This document shows positions 56,633 through 64,000 of a stretch of 64,000 nucleotides of DNA, piece by piece. A program made the translations under genes and the position numbers. The DNA is from Minisyncoccota bacterium (GTDB taxonomy: Bacteria > Patescibacteriota > Minisyncoccia > Phycocordibacterales > GWA1-40-21): assembly GCA_041659365.1 (NCBI GenBank), contig JBAZYH010000002.1:16065-80064 (forward strand). The letters are read 5' to 3'. Every line of letters begins with the position of its first letter. Position 1 is the stretch's first letter. The notes below the pieces were generated by a model that was not told the origin of the DNA, did no database searches, and saw nothing but the letters and a program-made list of their open reading frames with translations.

Positions 56633-58792
56633 TCACTCAAAATGTATCTCACACTTCTTTCTGTTACATAGTTTGTCTACTATAAGAGGGAATTTAGAAA
56701 GTGTTTCATCTTGTTCTAATAAATATCCAGCTTCAGCACGAGCTGCTTCTACCATTTTTAAATTTTTAATTGCTTCCATTCCTATATCAGAGATACCCCA
56801 TTGTTTACCTTCAGAGAGTCCACCTGCGCCCCTTAGTTTAAGGTCGTATTCTGCAAGTTCAAAACCATTTTTAGCCTGTGTAAGTGCGCGAAGTCTATCT
56901 ATAGTTTTTTCTGATTTTGTTTCTGCAAATACATAACAATACGCTTGGTGATTACTTCTTACTACACGTCCACGAAGTTGGTGAAGTTGAGCAAGACCAA
57001 ATCTTTCTGCTCCCTCAATAATAATCAAAGTTGCATTAGGAACATTTACCCCAACTTCAACCACGGAGGTGGCGACTAGGATGCGGATTTTTCCAGAGGA
57101 AAAATCCGCCATGACAGCTTCTTTTTCTTTAGGAGTCATTTTACTATGAAGTATGTCTATTTCATATTCTGAAAAGACTTTTTCTTTTATTCTTTTGGCC
57201 TCTTCTTTTACAGATTTTGCTTGAACAGAAGCTTCTTTATTTGGATCTGGCTCATCTATTCTAGGACAAATAATATAAAGTTGTCTTCCTTCTTTCATTT
57301 GTTCACGAATTTTTTCATAAATACTTTCTCTTTTTCCAGGTAAAACTATTTCGGTGATAATTGGTTTTCTTCCAGTTGGCATTTGATCAAGAAGTGTTAG
57401 GTCAAGATCTCCATATATTGTAAGTGCAAGTGTTCTTGGTATTGGCGTTGCCGTCATCGAAAGTAAGTGCGGAGATATTTTTTCTTTTCTAACAAGCTTC
57501 TGTCTTTGTGCCATTCCGAACCTATGCTGTTCGTCGATTACGACGAATGCCAAATGTTTAAATTTAACAGTTTTTTGTATAAGAGAATGTGTACCGATAA
57601 GTATTGGAATCTCTCCATTTTCTACCCATTTTAAAAGTTGCGTTCGAGAAATATCTGTCCATCCAGAAGGATTAACTTTTGAGGGAAATTTCTTACATCC
57701 AGAGCCTGTTATCAAACCAACATTTATTCCTAAGTAGGTAAAATATTTTATAAAAGATTCAAAATGTTGTTTTGCAAGTATTTCTGTGGGTGCCATATAA
57801 GCCACTTGTAATGTGCCGAAATCTTGCCCGCCTGGACGTGTAGTAACTACACCAAATGCGGCTGCGGCGGCGACCGCTGTCTTACCTGACCCTACATCTC
57901 CCTCTAGTAAGCGAGACATCGGGTGGCCTCTAGTGAAGTCCTGGAAGATCTCTCTGATGGCCTTTGTTTGGCCCTCTGTGGCCGTAAATGGAAACCTTTT
58001 TACGAAGCCGTCTATCTTATCTTGCTCTGTTTTAATAGTGAAGGCGGGTTCTTTTTGCCATTCAATACGTGTTTTTATTCTTTCAATTTGAATGAAGAAA
58101 ACTTCTTCAAAAGCAAAACGTTTTCTAGCCATTAAGGCGTGGTCTTGTTTTTGTGGTTCATGTATCCAAATCAAAGCAGATTTTAGAGGTGGTAAGTTAT
58201 ATGTAGTTAAAATATATTCAGGTATAGTATTTAATATCGAGTCTAAAATTCCAGAGGCGAATATTTTTTTAATAGAATGATAAAACCAGTTTGAAGTGAT
58301 CCCTTTACTTTCAGGATAGATTGGATAGAGAGAATGGACTTCTCCTCCTTCTCCAAACAAAGAATCACCAACACCTATTGGAAGTTTAGCCACTGTTTCG
58401 ATTTTCGGGTTACTCATATATAGTTCTCCTTTTCTATCTGAAACTTTTCCATCAACACGTACAAACATTCCTTCAGAAATCATTTTGGCTATATATGGTT
58501 GGTGGAACCATACAGCTTTTATTTTTCCAGATTCATCTTCTATCCAAGCTTCGGACATTGGTATTTTACTTTTGAAACCCTTACTTGTTTTTAGGCCAGA
58601 AATTTTTCCAAAGATTACTGCTTTATCTCCTCCAATTAAGTTACCAATATTTTTCTTTTGTGAGGTATCTCCATAACGGACAGGGAAGTGAAAAAGTAAA
58701 TCTTCTACGGTTTTAAGACCAAGTTTTTTTAGAGCTATTTTTTGTGGTTCAATTAGACGGAATTCTTTTTCAATAAGTGAATCAAGATTCAT
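56633..58792 (-). CDS. recG: ATP-dependent DNA helicase RecG
   Basis: GDVGSGKT, MAPTEILA.QH, DEQHRFG, MTATPIPRT, AERFGLAQLHQLRGRV. Confidence 0.98.
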   Translation of the reverse strand: MNLDSLIEKEFRLIEPQKIALKKLGLKTVEDLLFHFPVRYGDTSQKKNIGNLIGGDKAVIFGKISGLKTSKGFKSKIPMSEAWIEDESGKIKAVWFHQPYIAKMISEGMFVRVDGKVSDRKGELYMSNPKIETVAKLPIGVGDSLFGEGGEVHSLYPIYPESKGITSNWFYHSIKKIFASGILDSILNTIPEYILTTYNLPPLKSALIWIHEPQKQDHALMARKRFAFEEVFFIQIERIKTRIEWQKEPAFTIKTEQDKIDGFVKRFPFTATEGQTKAIREIFQDFTRGHPMSRLLEGDVGSGKTAVAAAAAFGVVTTRPGGQDFGTLQVAYMAPTEILAKQHFESFIKYFTYLGINVGLITGSGCKKFPSKVNPSGWTDISRTQLLKWVENGEIPILIGTHSLIQKTVKFKHLAFVVIDEQHRFGMAQRQKLVRKEKISPHLLSMTATPIPRTLALTIYGDLDLTLLDQMPTGRKPIITEIVLPGKRESIYEKIREQMKEGRQLYIICPRIDEPDPNKEASVQAKSVKEEAKRIKEKVFSEYEIDILHSKMTPKEKEAVMADFSSGKIRILVATSVVEVGVNVPNATLIIIEGAERFGLAQLHQLRGRVVRSNHQAYCYVFAETKSEKTIDRLRALTQAKNGFELAEYDLKLRGAGGLSEGKQWGISDIGMEAIKNLKMVEAARAEAGYLLEQDETLSKFPLIVDKLCNRKKCEIHFE

Positions 58793-58869
58793 AATGACAT
58801 TCTAGCAGAAAAATATGGATAATAGAAAAGGCGGGTCGTGAAGCGAACCGCCTTTGTAGAGGAAGGCTG

Positions 58870-59139
58870 TCACCAGATTCCTTCTCTCTTATAGTGTTCA
58901 TTAAGAACCCGTTCATGACCATCGGCAAGAAGAGCAATCCTCTCGTCTAATTGTTCTTTCAAGTCCCCAATGAGTGAATCTTCTTGAACCCTGAGTCTAA
59001 CCCCATCAATTTTCAAGATAATAAAACTGAAACCAGGGAAAAGCTTACTTGTTAAAGTGATCGACTTTTTAAGGGTTTCAATCATTTTTGAAAAGATAGT
59101 CATATCTTGAAAACGACTTTCAGCGGTGAGTCTATCCAT
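58870..59139 (-). CDS. hypothetical protein
   Basis: AAAAGGAG SD, TTGACA promoter and a downstream hairpin. Confidence 0.6.
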   Translation of the reverse strand: MDRLTAESRFQDMTIFSKMIETLKKSITLTSKLFPGFSFIILKIDGVRLRVQEDSLIGDLKEQLDERIALLADGHERVLNEHYKREGIW

Positions 59140-59270
59140 ACAGTCTCCTTTTTGTAGTTGTTGACGTCTATTTTAATTTTATATATTAAAGAGATTTTGT
59201 CAATGAAGTGTAAAAAAAATAAAAAGTATTATAATAATATAAGTATTAGTAATTTAATTTTAAAATTAAG

Positions 59271-59753
59271 ATGATTATATTAACAACAACAGAAATTATT
59301 ATCCGTCTTGCGGTAGCTGTTGGCTTAGGAGCATTGCTCGGACTTGAGAGAACTTTGGCAGGGAAGACTGCTGGTCTTCGTACTTATGCTATGGTTTCTT
59401 TAGGTTCCGGTCTTTTCGTCATTATTTCTCAAATGGTTGCATTAAACTCGGGTGATATATCGTCTTTTGATCCACTTAGAATGGCGGCTCAAGTTATTGC
59501 CGGTATAGGTTTTATTGGTGCCGGTCTCGTAATTTTTCAAGATCATAAAATCACAGGACTTACTACAGCAGCAGGACTTTGGGTAGCTGCAGGTGTGGGT
59601 ATGGCTTCAGGTTTTGGTTTTTATGGAGTTGCTATAATTGCTACTATTTTTGTAATGCTTGTTTTCACTGTTATGTGGTTTATAGAGAATATGTTAAAGA
59701 GATTTTCTTATAAGAGTGAGAAGGATGAGGATGGGCATGTTAAGAGATATTAA
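59271..59753 (+). CDS. MgtC/SapB family membrane protein
   Basis: LGLER...K.AGLRT, DP.RMAAQV..GIGFIGAG, GLTTAA.LW. Confidence 0.93.
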   Translation: MIILTTTEIIIRLAVAVGLGALLGLERTLAGKTAGLRTYAMVSLGSGLFVIISQMVALNSGDISSFDPLRMAAQVIAGIGFIGAGLVIFQDHKITGLTTAAGLWVAAGVGMASGFGFYGVAIIATIFVMLVFTVMWFIENMLKRFSYKSEKDEDGHVKRY

Positions 59754-59823
59754 GTTTAAGTAAATTATTTGACGGATAAAAGAAAACGCTGTTCCGAGAT
59801 TTTAACTCGGGACAGCGTTGCTT

Positions 59824-60162
59824 TTAAATGGCCATGGATTGTATCGGTGTAATAACGAGAGTGTCCCGACAGATCTGTAAAAACATTAACTTTGTCTTAT
59901 TGACACCCGGTGCGCTTTCAACGGTGCCACGAATATCGGGGTGTTGTAATTTGAGGTGCTCTTCCCAGTGTTTTTCCAGAATAATGAGCACTTCATCTTC
60001 TCTATCCCTATTGGTGGCATGAAGCATCACGTTGGCAACATCGAAGGAAAGCAATGGTCCGAAGTTGTTCAATACGTTAACAGCACGGTTAAGGTATCGT
60101 TCGGGCATTTCCTTTAAGATTTTACGGAATCGTTCCTCACCAATAACTTTTGGTTGATCCAT
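59824..60162 (-). CDS. hypothetical protein
   Basis: Start MDQPK preceded by AGGAGG; hairpin downstream. Confidence 0.6.
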   Translation of the reverse strand: MDQPKVIGEERFRKILKEMPERYLNRAVNVLNNFGPLLSFDVANVMLHATNRDREDEVLIILEKHWEEHLKLQHPDIRGTVESAPGVNKTKLMFLQICRDTLVITPIQSMAI

Positions 60163-60378
60163 TTTTGATGACCTCCTTTTTTGTCTAATCTGATAAAATG
60201 TTAACACGGTTAGTTTTATAAGTAAAATGAAGATGAGGGAGGTGATTTGATAAAAAACAATGTACGTATTTAAAAATAGTCTACCCAGACTATTTTTGAA
60301 TACCGAACGAGGGGGAAATTCAGTTAAGGTTTTTTCTTCGTTGAGACTCAGAAAAAAATGATCTCTTTTATTAACATA

Positions 60379-60683
60379 AAAACAGGTTCCCAAACTGTTT
60401 TTATGTTAATAAAAGAGGAGACGGCGAGGTTCGGCTATTACATAGCCAAGATTTAACCATCTAGCTATATTTAAAAACAGGTTCCCAAACTGTTTTAATA
60501 TAAATAAATAAAATGACGGCGAGAGTTTCGAAACTTACAGTTTCAGTACCCCCCATTGGCTCACTTATTCGTGATTACACTCTAAGTTCGGTTCAATGGG
60601 GCTTCGAATCTCGCACGCAAGCAAATACTTTTGCTTGCTCGTCTCCGCATAAAAAAATCACACTGTTTCAGTGGATTTTTAAA
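60379..60683. repeat. array of tRNA-Ser 3'-end copies (mirror element)
   Basis: Inverted TTCGAATCTCGC[60615-60639]CGTCTCCGCA; direct partial copies near 60417 and 60515; AAAACAGGTTCCCAAACTGTTTT occurs twice. Confidence 0.88.
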
Positions 60684-60685
60684 TG

Positions 60686-60772
60686 CGGAGACGGCGAGAT
60701 TCGAACTCGCGAGGGCTTTTAAACCCTGCCTCTTTAGCAAAGAGGTACATTAGACCACTCTGACACGTCTCC
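60686..60772 (-). tRNA. tRNA-Ser (GCU)
   Basis: GGAGACG/CGTCTCC-G; anticodon arm CCTCT-TTGCTAA-AGAGG; long variable arm. Confidence 0.95.
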
Positions 60773-60976
60773 TTAAAACAAATTTTATACTAAAAAAATC
60801 AATTTAGCCAACTAAAATAGGTTAACATATTTTATTGTATAATTCTAGTTTTTTAAGATAACACGTAATGGTTCAATAGCTTGGATACAAAATATTAGTA
60901 ATTTTTAAGTTGTTTGTTATTTTTAAAAACTATATAATATATTCAAGATTAATCTGATATATAATATTTTAAAGAA

Positions 60977-61495
60977 ATGAAAAAAAAGATTGTTTGGTTA
61001 TTTTTTATTATTGCATTTATTTTAATAGGAGTTTTTTATTATAAGGAAAATAAAGAGGATAAGATAACAATAGCAAAGAAAGAAAATCAGGTTGAGAAAA
61101 TTAGTAACTTAGATGATTCTAAATCTATTGAGATTGCTAAATCTTATATTTTAAAGAAACCTCAATTGTATTTAAACAGAGAAGAATTTGTTAATTGGGA
61201 AAGTAGTAAATTAGGAATAGATTTTGTAAAAGTAAGTCCTGAGTGGGTAGTATCCCAAAAGCTAACATCAGAATATAATGCACCTAATACTTATCCTTCA
61301 CCTTATGATTATTTGAATGATAAAATTATAGTAAGTTGGTTTTTTATTCCTGGGTGTGAGGAAAATATAAACAGTACCGATCAACCAAACTGGTTTAATA
61401 AAGATGGTGTTCGTTGTTTAGGTGGTTATGATTTAAGAGTGATAATTAACTCTGATGGAACTGTTAGTTTGGTTGAACTAAATGCTATTGATTAA
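60977..61495 (+). CDS. hypothetical membrane-anchored/secreted protein
   Basis: N-terminal KKK followed by a hydrophobic helix. Confidence 0.65.
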   Translation: MKKKIVWLFFIIAFILIGVFYYKENKEDKITIAKKENQVEKISNLDDSKSIEIAKSYILKKPQLYLNREEFVNWESSKLGIDFVKVSPEWVVSQKLTSEYNAPNTYPSPYDYLNDKIIVSWFFIPGCEENINSTDQPNWFNKDGVRCLGGYDLRVIINSDGTVSLVELNAID

Positions 61496-61563
61496 TAACA
61501 AAATAGAGTCATTTTAATAAAAAAAGGATTTTGTGAAGCAAAATCCTTTTTTTATTTTTTAAT

Positions 61564-62223
61564 TTAATGTCCCAATGCAAACCCAATAACTTTTTTGACT
61601 CCAGCATCTTTTAATGTTTTTGAGATTTCAGACATCGTTGCACCGGTAGTTATCACATCATCCACTATTATGATGTTTCTACCTTTTATTGTGTTTCCAT
61701 TTACACTGAAACAACCGTTTAAATTTTTTAACCTTTTTGTCCTATTTTTCAGTTTAGATTGATGTAGTGTGTCTTTGGTTTTAAAGACTGAGTTAAATGA
61801 GAATTCAAAAAAATTATCTACATCTATCTTTTGTATTTCTTTGACCATGAGTTCACATTGATTAAAACCCCTTTCTTTTAAATTATTTTTACTTATAGGT
61901 ACTGGTATTAACAGGGGATTATTAAAGTTTGAAAAACTTATTTCATCTGAAATTTCATTTAGTATAAATTCATAAAGTAAGTTTGAGAATCTCTGTGTGA
62001 TTTTTTTATTAGAACAGTATTTTATTTCCCAAATTGCTTTTCTACATATTTTATTTTTATATTGGAATAAAGCCTTAAAATTTTTATCAGAGGTATCGTT
62101 TGCTTGAGGAATCTCTTTGAAAATATCCTCCTCAGACATATTTTCTATAAAAACAGCTAGTTCTTCTTTGGGTAATATGAGTGAAAATAGACTTTCAAAT
62201 AATTTTAATATTTTATTGTACAT
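61564..62223 (-). CDS. comF: ComF family (phosphoribosyltransferase-like) competence protein
   Basis: IPVP......ERGFNQ, R.KNL...F, IIVDDVITTGAT. Confidence 0.9.
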   Translation of the reverse strand: MYNKILKLFESLFSLILPKEELAVFIENMSEEDIFKEIPQANDTSDKNFKALFQYKNKICRKAIWEIKYCSNKKITQRFSNLLYEFILNEISDEISFSNFNNPLLIPVPISKNNLKERGFNQCELMVKEIQKIDVDNFFEFSFNSVFKTKDTLHQSKLKNRTKRLKNLNGCFSVNGNTIKGRNIIIVDDVITTGATMSEISKTLKDAGVKKVIGFALGH

Positions 62224-62381
62224 ATTTATTTTTAGCATTATTTATGTGCATGTATTTGTATTGTTGATAAAATATGTTTTGAACTTTTATTATAAAATAT
62301 GCTACAATAGTAACATAGAAAAAGTGTGTGGTGCTTTTGGGATTGATCATACTTTTAATATTATAAAAATATTGATTAACA

Positions 62382-63500
62382 ATGAATAACCCTTTCTCAA
62401 ATTTATTTAATTCTTTATTTCCTACAAAAGATACAAGTGTACTTGGTATAGATATAGGTTCATCTTGTATTAAAATCATCCAATTAAAAAAGAAGGGTGG
62501 TAGAGCAGTACTTGAAACCTATGGTGAGATTTCCACTGGTCAATACAATAATACGGATGTTGGTAGAGCGACCGTCCTTACTGCGGATAAAGTATCTGGG
62601 GCTATAAAAGATTTATTAAAAGAATCAAATGCTACTACTATAAAAAGTGGTATGTCTATTCCTGTAAGTTCAAGTCTTATATCATTTATTAAGATGCCTA
62701 CCTTAGATGAGAGAAAACTTGTTGAAATGGTTCCTATTGAAGCAAGAAAATATATCCCCGTTCCAATATCTGAGGTGACTCTAGATTGGTGGCCAATCCC
62801 TAAAGATGAAAGCACTTTTTCAGAATTTCAAAATGGTCAAAAAGTAGAAGAAGAAAAGAGTACAGAAGTATTGCTCGTTGTTATTCATAACGATGCTTTA
62901 AGTAAAAATAAAGAAATACAAAAAATTACTGGTTTAGATACGACATTTTCAGAGATTGAAATTTTTAGTAATATACGCTCTGTTTTAGAACCAAGTACTA
63001 GCCCACAAATGATAGTAGATTTCGGTGCTAGTAGTACAAAAGTTTTTATTGTTGAGAGAGGTGTGTTAAGAGTCTCTCATACTATTAGTAAGGGATCACA
63101 GGATATTACTTTATCTATATCAAAATCCATGGGTATTTCTTTTGAAGAAGCTGAGAAAATAAAGAGAGAAAATGGTATTGTCGGGCAAGCTGGGGATAAC
63201 AATGTCTCTGAAGTATCTTTTGTTACTATAGATTACATATTAGCTGAGATTTCCCGTATGACAATGAGTTATTATAAAAAAACTGGTAAAAAAATAAGCA
63301 AAATTGTCCTTGCTGGTGGGGGAGTAATGCTCAAAGGGTTCAAAGAAAAAGCACAGGAAGCTCTTGAGATTCAAGTTGAAGTTGCTGATCCTTTTTCAAA
63401 ATTAGAATATCCTGCATTTTTGACAGAAGTTTTAAAGACTGCTGGTCCAGAATTTTCAGTTGCTGTTGGTCTAGCTATTAGAAAACTTCAAGAAATGTAG
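62382..63500 (+). CDS. pilM: type IV pilus assembly protein PilM
   Basis: GIDIGSS.IK, EARKYIP.P, VDFGA, LAGGG, VAVGLA.R (actin-like fold). Confidence 0.9.
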   Translation: MNNPFSNLFNSLFPTKDTSVLGIDIGSSCIKIIQLKKKGGRAVLETYGEISTGQYNNTDVGRATVLTADKVSGAIKDLLKESNATTIKSGMSIPVSSSLISFIKMPTLDERKLVEMVPIEARKYIPVPISEVTLDWWPIPKDESTFSEFQNGQKVEEEKSTEVLLVVIHNDALSKNKEIQKITGLDTTFSEIEIFSNIRSVLEPSTSPQMIVDFGASSTKVFIVERGVLRVSHTISKGSQDITLSISKSMGISFEEAEKIKRENGIVGQAGDNNVSEVSFVTIDYILAEISRMTMSYYKKTGKKISKIVLAGGGVMLKGFKEKAQEALEIQVEVADPFSKLEYPAFLTEVLKTAGPEFSVAVGLAIRKLQEM

Positions 63501-63742
63501 TATCGATACCTTAAACAAGAATTTTTTTAAGTTATAATTTATTATTAGGTAATCCACAGTTTTGTTTGTTGGTTTTGTTTTGTTGTTTGATGTATAATAT
63601 TAAGTAGTAAATTGTTGTCCCGTCTGCTTTTGCAGATATGTTGCAGATTCCATAAAATAAATACTAGGTTGCTTTGGGATAATTCAAAATAGTATTATAA
63701 TAACTAATGAAATATTAATCGTTTTTTAATTTTATAACTTGG

Positions 63743-64000
63743 ATGGAAACAAAATTTCAAACATCTTTTATACCCAAGAAACCTATAACGCAAGAAAGTA
63801 ATACAACAACAGGTGTTGGTTTGTTTCTTCTTATATCTATAGTTATTTTTCTTATATCATCTGGTATAGCGGGTTGGGTTTATTTAGAGAAAAATAGATT
63901 AATAGGTAATATTAACGAACAGAAAAATATTATAAATAAAAATAAAGACAGTTTGAATAAAGATTCTGTCTCTATAGAAAATTTTGTTCAATTAAATACA
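63743..64000 (+). CDS. partial PilN-like membrane protein
   Basis: METKFQTSFIPKKP followed by a TM helix, downstream of pilM; truncated by the window edge. Confidence 0.6.
   Translation, partial: METKFQTSFIPKKPITQESNTTTGVGLFLLISIVIFLISSGIAGWVYLEKNRLIGNINEQKNIINKNKDSLNKDSVSIENFVQLNT

Overview
AT-rich bacterial chromosome segment. Gene content and protein sequences suggest Patescibacteria/CPR, Parcubacteria-like (inference); genetic code 11. Housekeeping backbone: str operon and a truncated S10 operon (rpsL-rpsG-fusA-[dockerin-repeat gene]-tuf-rpsJ-rplC-rplD-rplW-rplB), then rplJ-rplL, infC-rpmI-rplT, rpmB, smpB/tmRNA, ftsH, recG, rnhA, rlmH, tsaC, mscL and competence/pilus genes (comEC, MBL partner, comF, pilM). 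Three tRNAs: His-GUG, Ile-UAU, Ser-GCU. Accessory content: an array of self-contained orphan genes 3' of tmRNA (36.0-39.7 kb) and a visibly GC-richer ~12 kb island (SBP-OmpA fusions, vWA lipoprotein, ARC/Mpa-like AAA ATPase, XpaC-like/TelA pair, ABC importer). The most striking unexplained signal is non-coding. Downstream of every tRNA/tmRNA gene lies an inverted copy of a matching tRNA 3' end, split exactly at the T-stem/acceptor-stem junction by a 25-nt hairpin (five copies, covarying 9-bp stem), usually linked to a conserved TTACA-loop module. Several families of palindromic repeats also occur; one brackets a GIY-YIG nuclease gene like terminal inverted repeats, and another supplies the stop codons of two genes and sits inside tmRNA. 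All product calls come from motif recognition by eye; no searches were run.
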